Shown here one piece after another: positions 20,021 to 29,203 of a DNA stretch of 64,000 nucleotides. The stretch is taken from IMG/VR virus record IMGVR_UViG_3300010429_001449; one strand, written 5' to 3'. The notes beneath the pieces are model-generated. The model was not told the DNA's origin. It saw only the letters and a list, made by a program, of their open reading frames with translations, and ran no database searches. Source of the DNA: a virus. Lineage: Duplodnaviria > Caudoviricetes. The position numbers were made by a program, and so were the translations under genes. Position 1 is the first letter of the stretch. Every line of letters starts with the position of its first letter.

Positions 20021-20964
20021 TATCCTACCCTCTCAGCAATCAAACTAGAGCGAGTGATCGTACCTGCCGAGGCTACGTTCGTTCCTGTGATGACAAGCGT
20101 ATAAGCATAGGCAACGCCCGCCGTCAATGACCGCCTGACGGCGAACGAGAAAGTGCTCGTCAAGTTGATTTGCGCTCCTATCCGATGAAGGATAGTCGCT
20201 CCTTCGTAACCGTAGAACTGGACTTGAGCGGCAGTGCCTCCTGTTCTTAGCACTTCTCCGTTCCCAATGATCGTGTACTCTCCAGTCAGGTAAGGAGTAA
20301 TGTTCAACGTCACAGCCGTGGTAGACCCTACACCAGCTACGGGCACAGACGCGGTGTTGGAGACGGAGTGCTTCTCCTTGAACGAAAACTGGTTGAACAA
20401 CACCTTAGCAGCGCCTGCGTTGACATCGTAGATATGGCCGACAGGTTGAACAACGCAGTCAGCCGTGTGTGTCACGCCCGCGACGTTGTTTCCCGTCGTG
20501 TCGCTGTCCGGCGGTGTGTAATCGCACTTGCCCGCGTTCCCGCTTTCGGCAAGCCAGAGGAGCTTTCCTCGATCCGCAACCGCAAAGCCACCGCCAGTGT
20601 GAATGGCGTAAGGATTCAGACCAAAGGTGTAAACATTGGCGGAGCCGGGGAACACCGGGGTGTCGAGAACAAAGCCGTGCGCCAGCTTGACTACCCCGCC
20701 AGAAAGAGTCGAGTCCGCTTTGCGGACATTCAAAACGCCGCCATTGTTGTAGAGGTTGACCCACTGACCCTGAGTCAACGCCTCAGACATAGGAACCAAA
20801 AGAGGACCGGTAGCTTGAGACGGCAGGAGTGTGGCTGACAGTAATCCGTTGGCATCGAGGGCGACGAGCTTTCCGTTGTCACCCGCGCCTGAGTAGGTTG
20901 TTATCCCCTCGCGGGCTTTTTGCTCGCCGTTCGACAAGTCTTGCAGTATGTAACGGTCAGCCAT
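20020..20964 (-). CDS. Decoration/head-fibre-like paralog
   Basis: GKLVALDANG...LLP; VRKADS...AHGFVL. Confidence 0.6.
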   Translation of the reverse strand: MADRYILQDLSNGEQKAREGITTYSGAGDNGKLVALDANGLLSATLLPSQATGPLLVPMSEALTQGQWVNLYNNGGVLNVRKADSTLSGGVVKLAHGFVLDTPVFPGSANVYTFGLNPYAIHTGGGFAVADRGKLLWLAESGNAGKCDYTPPDSDTTGNNVAGVTHTADCVVQPVGHIYDVNAGAAKVLFNQFSFKEKHSVSNTASVPVAGVGSTTAVTLNITPYLTGEYTIIGNGEVLRTGGTAAQVQFYGYEGATILHRIGAQINLTSTFSFAVRRSLTAGVAYAYTLVITGTNVASAGTITRSSLIAERVG

Positions 20965-20970
20965 AACAAG

Positions 20971-21549
20971 CTACTCTACTTCTATCGGCTCCTGTGGGAG
21001 AAACGCTACCTTAGCAGGTGAGCCAGAGGCGTCCGTCAGAATTCCTACCTTCTGGAGAAGGTACGGTGTGCCCAACGCAGTAACTTCCGTAACATCAGTC
21101 GTCCCTTTGCCTTCAAAACCGCCACCGCCATACAAGTAGACGTACTTGCCTTCAAACGACTGATCCAGATCAGCCTCATCAGCCTTACTGTTCTCTCCGT
21201 CTATGTAGATATCCGCAGTACCGGCTGGCCCTGGAACCGGACCAGCAACAGCGGCCAAGATGTAACCATTGCACGGCTTAGTCGGGTCAGAAGCGTCCGC
21301 CTTCTCAACTTCTCTTGTGCCTACATTGTCGTAGAAGTGGACAAAATCTCCAGCGAGCAAATCCTCTACAGCTACAGCTTGAACGGTCTCAACACCGCCG
21401 GGAAGCAACGATGCGTCAACCAGACCGCTCGCATTTAGTCCTACGACCTCGCCTGCACTGGCGCTCACGCTAGATGTGCGCGGCGTGCTCCACTTCTGAC
21501 CACCGTTTGCGGGGTCAATCGTTAGAAATCTTGTTTTGTCACCGGCCAT
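20971..21549 (-). CDS. Decoration-like paralog
   Basis: GEVVGLNASG...LLP; EDLLAGDFV...VEKADA...NGYIL. Confidence 0.6.
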   Translation of the reverse strand: MAGDKTRFLTIDPANGGQKWSTPRTSSVSASAGEVVGLNASGLVDASLLPGGVETVQAVAVEDLLAGDFVHFYDNVGTREVEKADASDPTKPCNGYILAAVAGPVPGPAGTADIYIDGENSKADEADLDQSFEGKYVYLYGGGGFEGKGTTDVTEVTALGTPYLLQKVGILTDASGSPAKVAFLPQEPIEVE

Positions 21550-21562
21550 ACGTCAACTCCTT

Positions 21563-22210
21563 TCAACTCTCAACCAACGCAGGTCTTGCTGGCGCGAACT
21601 CTATCGTAGCGCGTCCGCCCGCAATAACCAAGTCAATCAATTTGCCCAACACCTGAATGATGTTGTCGGCGCTGGTATCCGGCGCTGTCACCGCCGCGCC
21701 CGCCGTCGTGGACAGAAACATGTCCGATCCAACATCGGCTAGAACAAGAGCGGTGCCGTCAACCAACGGATTCTGTCCTTCAAAGTGAACTCTGACCTGA
21801 CTGCCAATCAAAACGCTGTCAAGAACGAAGCCGTCTGCGGGACGCTCGCCCGGCGTTACCGTATCCGCGTTGGCCTTCCTTACGGAACGGACGCCTGCAT
21901 TGTCGTAGATGTTGACGAACTCTCCCGCGTTCAAATTCTCGCCAGCTACAAAAAGTGTTTCGTCGGAGTAGCCTGTTGCCAGCGCCGCGATCACCGCTGT
22001 GAGCGCAGCCTGCTGCCCCATCGGTCCTACGGTCAGTGCCGCCGCCCACTGCGTCGTGAGAACGGCGGGCGTTGCGTCGTCCCAGTAGGCTCCTTCGTAG
22101 TTGCCAAAAACAGGCGCAAGCGTGGCGTCAGCCGCAATGTCCTTCTCCAACTGATGGAGATCAGGCTGTGTTGGCGACCCTGGCCAAGGATTAGGGTAAG
22201 TAACCGACAC
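21563..22210 (-). CDS. Decoration-like paralog
   Basis: ENLNAGEFVNIY...VRKANA...ADGFVL. Confidence 0.6.
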   Translation of the reverse strand: MSVTYPNPWPGSPTQPDLHQLEKDIAADATLAPVFGNYEGAYWDDATPAVLTTQWAAALTVGPMGQQAALTAVIAALATGYSDETLFVAGENLNAGEFVNIYDNAGVRSVRKANADTVTPGERPADGFVLDSVLIGSQVRVHFEGQNPLVDGTALVLADVGSDMFLSTTAGAAVTAPDTSADNIIQVLGKLIDLVIAGGRATIEFAPARPALVES

Positions 22211-22224
22211 GCTGAGCTACCTCG

Positions 22225-22776
22225 TTACGGAGCATCTACCTGAATTATGCCTATCCGCGCTCTGCGGATGTACGCTGTGCCTGCAACACCGGGACGATTC
22301 ACGTCCAACAGGACGGTGTACGGCCCCGGCACGATGATGTCAAACGCCTTGAACACGGCTTGGCCAACCCATCCCGTGGGATAGGTCGAACCGAATGTCC
22401 GCATGTCCACCTCTCCGAAGATCGGAGGCAACAACAACGGCATGTGCAGCCTGACGCCGACCCGCCCAGCCGGATTCGTTTGAGAGAGTTCGCAGTAACT
22501 CCAAAGGAAAAAGGAGCCTTCGGGCATCAACGGAATGACCAGGCTCAGCTTGTTTACCCATCCGGGCGGAATTACCGTCGTAGACAATTCGCCTTCGCTT
22601 TCGGCGTAGTAGTAAGAGAGGTCTTGGACTGCGGGGAGCAAAGAAGGATCGATTTTGCCCGTCGCCGCCAATGCAACCAGCTTGCCAGCATCACCAATGC
22701 CTGAGAAGGTAACAATACCTTCACGAGCCTTCTTAGTGCTGGTCGCAAGATCAACTCTTACGTATCTGTCTGCCAT
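22225..22776 (-). CDS. Decoration-like paralog lacking the central module
   Basis: GKLVAL...GKIDPSLLP; ESEGE.ST; AYIRRARI. Confidence 0.6.
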   Translation of the reverse strand: MADRYVRVDLATSTKKAREGIVTFSGIGDAGKLVALAATGKIDPSLLPAVQDLSYYYAESEGELSTTVIPPGWVNKLSLVIPLMPEGSFFLWSYCELSQTNPAGRVGVRLHMPLLLPPIFGEVDMRTFGSTYPTGWVGQAVFKAFDIIVPGPYTVLLDVNRPGVAGTAYIRRARIGIIQVDAP

Positions 22777-22778
22777 GC

Positions 22779-23384
22779 CTATTCGAGAAGAATCTCGTCT
22801 CCGGGCATGAAGTCAACCGAAACAGTCAAACCAACTGCGTCTATGTAGCCGAGGTCTTCCACCAAATCGCCTACCGCGTACGCCGAAAGATCGTCCGTCA
22901 TCTCTCCAGCCGTCTTTGACAAGTAAACGCGCTTCCCCAAATCGGCTGCAACCCACGCTCCGAGCGGAACTTGCGTATTGATACCGTCTGTGTAAACGTC
23001 GACGTACCAATTGCCGCCTGCGGGGGGAATTTCCTGCGGAGTATCTACGATATAGCCGTTGGCGGGATAAGGCGTCGGACCGCTCGCATTGGCCCTGCGC
23101 ACTTCCGGCGTTCCTGCGCTGTCGTAGACGTGAACCCAGTGTCCTTTGATCAGGAAACCAACCTCGGCGGCGCGGACGTGAACCGCAGCGATAATCGTTG
23201 GACCAACGCCGGGAGGAAGCAATGTCGGGCTGAGCCGAGGCAGGCCAAGAACGGTGTCCAGACCCACGACCTCGCCCGCTTCCTCGCTGCCGTCCGCAGC
23301 CGTGCGCGGAGTGCCTCTTATGCGCTTGCCTAAATCCACGCCAGTCAGCGGGACAGCGATGAAAGATTTCTTGTCTTCAGACAC
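22779..23384 (-). CDS. Decoration-like paralog
   Basis: GEVVGL...LLP; VRRANA...ANGYI; VYTDGIN. Confidence 0.6.
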   Translation of the reverse strand: MSEDKKSFIAVPLTGVDLGKRIRGTPRTAADGSEEAGEVVGLDTVLGLPRLSPTLLPPGVGPTIIAAVHVRAAEVGFLIKGHWVHVYDSAGTPEVRRANASGPTPYPANGYIVDTPQEIPPAGGNWYVDVYTDGINTQVPLGAWVAADLGKRVYLSKTAGEMTDDLSAYAVGDLVEDLGYIDAVGLTVSVDFMPGDEILLE

Positions 23385-23953
23385 TACGAGGGAACCTCAA
23401 CCGGTTGATCCGGAATGAAATCGGCTGCGGAAGGCGTCGGAGCGACGTTCTGCTCAATGACAAAACCCACGACTTGAATGATGTAAGGCGTTCCTAACGC
23501 GATAACATCGTTCAAATCCGTCGTGGCCTTGCCGAGTTGGCAGAGGTAAAGAGGAAGGCCGTCGTCGGTCGCGCCTATGTCGGTGGAATCAACCTTGTCA
23601 TTAACGCCGTCCGTGTAGACTTTGGCGGTTTGAGTTATCAGCCAGTTCTCTAGCACGTAACCATTGGCAAACTTGTCTGGATCATCCGCACTGGCGCGGC
23701 GTACTCGCGTGGCTCCTGCGCCGCCGTCGTGATAGACGTTGACGTAATCGCCCTCCGAAAGACCTTCTGATGCTTCGATACTGCGGTAGCCCGTGCTGGA
23801 GGGAAGCAACGTAGAATCAATGACGCCTGCGCCGTTCAAACCAACGACATCGCCAGGCTGTTCGCTGCCATCGGCTACCGTAACAGGGGTAGTCAACGCA
23901 TCAAGGCCGTTGGCTGCGTCTATCGTCCAGAATGTCTTTTTTCCGACCGCCAA
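23384..23953 (-). CDS. Decoration-like paralog
   Basis: GDVVGLNGAG...LLP; VRRASA...ANGYVL; VYTDGVN. Confidence 0.6.
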   Translation of the reverse strand: MAVGKKTFWTIDAANGLDALTTPVTVADGSEQPGDVVGLNGAGVIDSTLLPSSTGYRSIEASEGLSEGDYVNVYHDGGAGATRVRRASADDPDKFANGYVLENWLITQTAKVYTDGVNDKVDSTDIGATDDGLPLYLCQLGKATTDLNDVIALGTPYIIQVVGFVIEQNVAPTPSAADFIPDQPVEVPS

Positions 23954-23983
23954 AGCAAACCCTCCGTACCAGCCTTTTTCATC

Positions 23984-26071
23984 CTACTCAACCCGCTCGG
24001 CGTTGGCAAGACAAAAACGAGACAACTCGACTGCTTCCTGAACGATTTGCGGCAGCGGCCACGTGACCGGCGCAACAATACCGTCAGGACACGGGCCTAG
24101 TTTTCCGTCCCAACCTTCCCAAGCGAGACGCCTATCGGCGGGCGCGTTGTCTCTCGCCTCGTAGAAGGAGTGTTTGGCCCGCATCAAGCCGCTGCTCAAG
24201 CAGTGACCCAGATGATAGATCATCGTGTACGGGTTAGCCTCCTGCGCCGCCCTCGCGCTCGTGTAAGTGTGCAGATGATTACCGGCGGCATCTACCGGAC
24301 TGTGGTGAACACGCCAGCGGTAGGAAGGACGCCACCACGAAAAACGGTAATGAGAACAGACACTGCCTACTCCCAGCGAGCCGCCCCATCGAGTACCGTC
24401 CGGTTCGGCGTCGTGAATCCAAAAGTCGCCTGTGTGCCACAGATTAATCCATCTCGGACAGGCAAAAGCCGCCTGCCAGTACTCAAGACCGACCCAAATC
24501 TCGTCCGCATCGAGAACAAGCTGGTAGTTACCCGTGATTCTAGCGGCGAGCGACGCCCGCATCTCGCGTTTGTCGACCCAGACAGGACGCGCATCTATCT
24601 TGATCTTGTGTTCCGGGTCAGGCAACGCCCGCAACTGTTCCAAAACGCCGTTTTCGGGAGAGCCTCTGTAAAGCTCTACGGGGCCGTAGGCAATGAGAAT
24701 CTCGTGGACATGAGGATAGACCGCTTCGACGGCTTTTGTGGCCGTAGGCGTGCCGTAACATATCATACAGGCGGATATCTTGCGCGTTTGGAGTGAATGA
24801 TACGGCAGCCGTTCTACCGCTTTCTGCATCGCGCCCAGTCCGTAGGTCTCCACCACCCAGCGACTAGACTCCGCCAAGTCGGGCTTAGGTTTCGCCGCAA
24901 GTTTCTTGACCTTGCGAACGAAGGCTTTCTCGTTTCCCCACGGAACATAATGCAACCGATCTCCGTAAGCCCACCGGAGGACAGGGAGATCATAAACTAC
25001 GACCTGCGTTCCAGCAGCCAGAGACTCCGCCGGAACCATACCGAATCCCTCAAAGAGAGACGGAGCCAAAACCATGTGCGCGTGCCGCATCGCGTCGTAC
25101 TTCACGGAATCAGGGAAATTCTTCAGGCTGTGCCATTTGTGTAAGTCGGTATCTACTGGGACACTGCCGGGATCGCCAAAAGTAACCAGATCGAAGGGCA
25201 TCTTCAGCGAGTAAACGGCGTCAAAAGCAAGCCCGGCGCACTTGTAATCCGTGTTGCGTGCGCTCCAGAGCGCGTAAGGCCGTTCCGGAGGCTGCCAAGA
25301 ACACGGTTGATGCAGCGCGTAGTCATTTACAGCAGGAACCAGATAGTCGTAGAGACGCTCCGCGCCTGTCTCGCCCATCCACTCTCGACAATACCGCATG
25401 GATAACTCAGAGCAGCCCAACAACAGATCAGAGGCGCTGTAACCCTCTCTGGTGTGCGTAGTGTTCATCAAGTCGGCGACACGAGGAACATAGTTGCGCA
25501 CCCAATTCTCCGTCTCGAAATTCAGACAAACAAGTTTACAGCCTGGATGCGCCGCCTTGTAAGCCGCCGCCTGTAACCCCAAGCCGCCTTTCGAGTCAGT
25601 CATGCAGATGTCCAAGTCGGGCGGAATCTGGTCTTTGCCGTTGATCAGGAATTTCAGACGATTGCACACCGGATAATCCGTCACCCATCTCGGAACGGCG
25701 TTGGTGATGAAAAATACGTCCGCGCCAAGCTGAGCACAACTCAGGGCGTACTGATAGACCAGAAGTCTTCCGCCGGAATAGTGCGTGCTTGTCCACAGCC
25801 AACAACCAATACGCAACGTCCTAGCCAGCGGAGCGGCGGCGTTATTCATATTGACAGGCGGTTTGACTGGACGGCGGGAACTGGTACAACGTAACGGCAG
25901 ATTGTTGGATTTCTGCGGTCTGGCGTAATCAACAAAGCCGTTGAATATCAACGACTCTACCGTATCACTGGCTGCGTTGAAAATGCGCCCCGGCCTAGCA
26001 TAACGCTGAGTACCGCGAGCGTCGTAATAGTGAAATCCTCGCAAGACGCGAACTGGTATAACCGCCGCCAA
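23984..26071 (-). CDS. Two-domain glycosyltransferase (GT4-like plus GT-A/GT2-like)
   Basis: PSLFEGFGMVPAESLAAG (GT4); KISACMI...LVLDADE and IYHLGH (GT-A). Confidence 0.85.
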   Translation of the reverse strand: MAAVIPVRVLRGFHYYDARGTQRYARPGRIFNAASDTVESLIFNGFVDYARPQKSNNLPLRCTSSRRPVKPPVNMNNAAAPLARTLRIGCWLWTSTHYSGGRLLVYQYALSCAQLGADVFFITNAVPRWVTDYPVCNRLKFLINGKDQIPPDLDICMTDSKGGLGLQAAAYKAAHPGCKLVCLNFETENWVRNYVPRVADLMNTTHTREGYSASDLLLGCSELSMRYCREWMGETGAERLYDYLVPAVNDYALHQPCSWQPPERPYALWSARNTDYKCAGLAFDAVYSLKMPFDLVTFGDPGSVPVDTDLHKWHSLKNFPDSVKYDAMRHAHMVLAPSLFEGFGMVPAESLAAGTQVVVYDLPVLRWAYGDRLHYVPWGNEKAFVRKVKKLAAKPKPDLAESSRWVVETYGLGAMQKAVERLPYHSLQTRKISACMICYGTPTATKAVEAVYPHVHEILIAYGPVELYRGSPENGVLEQLRALPDPEHKIKIDARPVWVDKREMRASLAARITGNYQLVLDADEIWVGLEYWQAAFACPRWINLWHTGDFWIHDAEPDGTRWGGSLGVGSVCSHYRFSWWRPSYRWRVHHSPVDAAGNHLHTYTSARAAQEANPYTMIYHLGHCLSSGLMRAKHSFYEARDNAPADRRLAWEGWDGKLGPCPDGIVAPVTWPLPQIVQEAVELSRFCLANAERVE

Positions 26072-26101
26072 GTCTCGTCCCTACCTTTCTCGCGGCTAGG
26101 A

Positions 26102-26425
26102 TCATGATGGATTCTCTTTGTGCCACGCCGCTAAAGCCATCGCATGAATGTCCGCTCCGACTGGATCGGCGTTTATCGCCACTTCTTCATCAGGATAAAC
26201 ACAGGCGATAGCGGGAGTGCCCGTTTCAGGCAAAATGCCTTCCTGCTTCATTATGATGAGGTCCGCGAGCGTCGACGCACGCGCTTCTGTCGTTATTTTC
26301 AGCGAGAAGGAGTTGGGAGAATGGTTCTGGTCAATAGATACTTCTCCATCCTTCAGGATTCGATACCCCCAACCGCCTGTCCACGGGGGCTGTGTCACCT
26401 GATACACCTGCTTTGTCAGTGCCAT
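26102..26425 (-). CDS. DUF4907-like small protein
   Basis: GWGY.I..DG...I.Q...P...TEARA...A.L...K; start moved to the RBS-supported ATG. Confidence 0.55.
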   Translation of the reverse strand: MALTKQVYQVTQPPWTGGWGYRILKDGEVSIDQNHSPNSFSLKITTEARASTLADLIIMKQEGILPETGTPAIACVYPDEEVAINADPVGADIHAMALAAWHKENPS

Positions 26426-26427
26426 CG

Positions 26428-26757
26428 CTATGCTCCGAACGGTAGTTTGAAGTGAGCCGCGCAAGAGGCTCTCTCTTCATCATCTGCTACTTTAGCCGCC
26501 GCAGCCATAGTAGCCGGGTCTACTCCATCGGGATCAGAGAGTATCTGATTCTGCTCCAATAGAGTAACGGTCAACATCAAACCAAGATTTACCTTGCCAA
26601 GGAGTAGGTCAGCGAAGATATTTGCGATCTGTTCCGTTGTTATGTCACCCACAGAGCACGGGAGACGTGTTTGTAACAGACGGCTGAAACCGTCTTCGAG
26701 TAGTTCGTAGCTCCACTTGCCGGGGCTTATCTCAGCGATGTTCTTTGTCCAGGCCAT
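26428..26757 (-). CDS. DUF4907-like small protein, paralog
   Basis: GKWSYELLEDG...Q...P...ITTE..A...ADL...K. Confidence 0.55.
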   Translation of the reverse strand: MAWTKNIAEISPGKWSYELLEDGFSRLLQTRLPCSVGDITTEQIANIFADLLLGKVNLGLMLTVTLLEQNQILSDPDGVDPATMAAAAKVADDEERASCAAHFKLPFGA

Positions 26758-27959
26758 TAGGGTTTCTCGTACAGATAGAAGCCTTCGGGTGTCACAACAG
26801 GAGCAAGCAGCGGAACAAAACTCACTACATCCTGCCCGACATTGGAAAAGCCATTGATTAACGCATTGCCAAGCAGGTATATCCGACCGTTGAACTCAAC
26901 CGCGCTTCCGTCTGCGAAGGGATACCACCAACTCTGGCGAGACCGTCCGTAATCACCACGGTCGTACAATGGAGGCAGCAAAGACAACCAACCATCTCCC
27001 TCGGAACCGGCAGAGTATCCACCCGCGATGATGATATGGTCGTTATAAACCAACGCGGTCGCTCTTCGCGCAAACAGGAGATAGGGCAGGACGGGTATCC
27101 TCGTATCCCATTCAATTCCATCAACGGTAGTGCGTACAGCAAGCGGACTGACCTGCCCCATACCCGCATAAATCTGAGTACCGTCAGTCCACGTAATCGG
27201 CTGCAAGAAGTCGAAGGGCAAGGTCGGTAGTGTTGTCCACGTCGCTCCTACCGTAGCTCCAAAATCGGTGCGCTTGACCAACCGTTGATTGTTTCTTCCG
27301 CCGAAAGTCCACAAAGCGTTGTTGAAAACGACCGTGCCGGACTCGATCAGATTAGTGCCCTCAGTGAGGGATACCTGCGCCCATGTCGGAGGATTCATCG
27401 GATTTCCGTCCCACGACATCAACCAAACATCGGTAGGGTCTGGAAGCGCGTGCCCTAAATCACGTCCTCCTGCGATAAGAACCTTGTCGTCTGTACCATC
27501 ATTCACGATGCCACAGACGTAATGACTTCTGTGCTGCCACGGACCAGCACCAACGAGTGTCCAGTTCACGCCATCAAGAGACATCCACGTATCGTCGAGT
27601 GACACTCCTACGAAGGGGTCGTAACCGCCAAACAGCCACAGTGCGCCCTTGAACGACACGGCTGTAAACGACTCCCTGCCGGACCACGGAGCAATCGGAA
27701 CATCAACTCGGGCGTCGGTGCATTCTGTGTAATTCTGGACGGGGACATAGCCCTCTGCCGCGAGATATGTATTCGGATAGATGTCGGAGAGCCGGTAACT
27801 TCCTGCTCCTAATCCTGAGCCTCCTGCTGCCTCCATACGCACAAATGCGAGTTCCCACCGAACCTTCTCATCATCCATCTCATCGACGAGATTGTTCTGA
27901 TAGGGCTGGTCGCCCGGCTGGTACATCTGTGACCGTCTTGGGAGTATGATGTCGCTCAT
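26757..27959 (-). CDS. Kelch-repeat beta-propeller protein
   Basis: Repeated R...F.G.LW.FGG...D.W.S.DG.NW units. Confidence 0.85.
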   Translation of the reverse strand: MSDIILPRRSQMYQPGDQPYQNNLVDEMDDEKVRWELAFVRMEAAGGSGLGAGSYRLSDIYPNTYLAAEGYVPVQNYTECTDARVDVPIAPWSGRESFTAVSFKGALWLFGGYDPFVGVSLDDTWMSLDGVNWTLVGAGPWQHRSHYVCGIVNDGTDDKVLIAGGRDLGHALPDPTDVWLMSWDGNPMNPPTWAQVSLTEGTNLIESGTVVFNNALWTFGGRNNQRLVKRTDFGATVGATWTTLPTLPFDFLQPITWTDGTQIYAGMGQVSPLAVRTTVDGIEWDTRIPVLPYLLFARRATALVYNDHIIIAGGYSAGSEGDGWLSLLPPLYDRGDYGRSRQSWWYPFADGSAVEFNGRIYLLGNALINGFSNVGQDVVSFVPLLAPVVTPEGFYLYEKP

Positions 27960-29203
27960 GGTTTTTCGTAGATATAGAACCCTTCAAGGGTTCTAGCCGG
28001 TCCCTTGGTCGGCGTGATCTCAGCAATGTCTTGCAGACCGCCTGTAAGTGCCATGTCTTCGTAGGCTGAACCTATCAGCAGCAGTTTACCGCCCCAAGAT
28101 ACTAGATGCCCGAAGACAACGGTGTTCTCTGGGTTGGGGGTTATCATCTGTGTCCAGACTACACCATCAGGAGACGACCACAACCCTCTTGATGAAAGAA
28201 TCCCCTGCGATCTGTACAAGAAGAGATGGCCGTCGAAGACAGCAATGCTGCCGCCGAATGCGTTGAAAGGATATCTGCTCAGCGGAGTATCTATCTCCCA
28301 CTGAGTACCGCCCGTCGGGCCGTAACGAGTTCTCCACATATTCGTGCCGTACGTTCCAGCCGTAGCAAGATCGCTGACGCCTAAACCCAACCACAAGTCA
28401 TTGTTAAAAACTGTCGAAACACCAAACCCCGCGCCGTTTCCTAGGAAGGCGGTCTGTGCTCCTACAAGGTTGAAGTCGGTCTGAATAACGTCGTCTAAGA
28501 ATGTTCCGTTGAAGCCTCGCATTATCCACGCACACAAACCGTTGCCATCCCCTGAATCCCACACAGCACAATTATGTCCTGCCCGTTCGAGAATCCCGCC
28601 TACGAATACAGACGCCCAGCCGGTTGACGGATCGCACAAGAAGAGCGTGCCGTTGAACACGCTGAAAGCGAGATCGAGAGAACCTCCGAGGAACATAATC
28701 ACGGGTCCGCCACCGGCATCGTACGAAATCATACAGTGACCTGCCAGCGGCGGAAGAATCGGCGCGGGGACAAGCAACTGAGTCCATGTTACGCCGTCGG
28801 CAGACCGCCACACGTCGCTCATCAGCGTAGGCGCGGTCGTCGGTCCTTGAATCCCGCCCGAAAGCCAGAGTTCGCCTTGATACTCGCACAAACCAAATAA
28901 TGTTCTGCCTCCAACACCGGCCCAAGACGCTACGGCGGAGTGCTTGACGACGGTGTAGGTATTGTAGACCATCTTCGGCTGGTAGCCTGCACTTACAAGG
29001 TCAGGATTAGGGTACGTATCACTCATAATAGGAACTGTAGTCTGCGCAGCGCCAGAGGCTGTCAAGAGGTCCTCAAGATTAATAAAGCCGGACTCCAATG
29101 CGAACCGTTCAGCCTGCAACGCATCAATAAACGTATTTGCGTACGCTTTCGGTGTGGGCGTATATGAACTGGAACGCGCTGGTAGTATCGGTCGGTCACT
29201 CAT
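27956..29203 (-). CDS. Kelch-repeat beta-propeller protein
   Basis: LWLSGG...DVWRSADGVTW units. Confidence 0.85.
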   Translation of the reverse strand: MSDRPILPARSSSYTPTPKAYANTFIDALQAERFALESGFINLEDLLTASGAAQTTVPIMSDTYPNPDLVSAGYQPKMVYNTYTVVKHSAVASWAGVGGRTLFGLCEYQGELWLSGGIQGPTTAPTLMSDVWRSADGVTWTQLLVPAPILPPLAGHCMISYDAGGGPVIMFLGGSLDLAFSVFNGTLFLCDPSTGWASVFVGGILERAGHNCAVWDSGDGNGLCAWIMRGFNGTFLDDVIQTDFNLVGAQTAFLGNGAGFGVSTVFNNDLWLGLGVSDLATAGTYGTNMWRTRYGPTGGTQWEIDTPLSRYPFNAFGGSIAVFDGHLFLYRSQGILSSRGLWSSPDGVVWTQMITPNPENTVVFGHLVSWGGKLLLIGSAYEDMALTGGLQDIAEITPTKGPARTLEGFYIYEKP

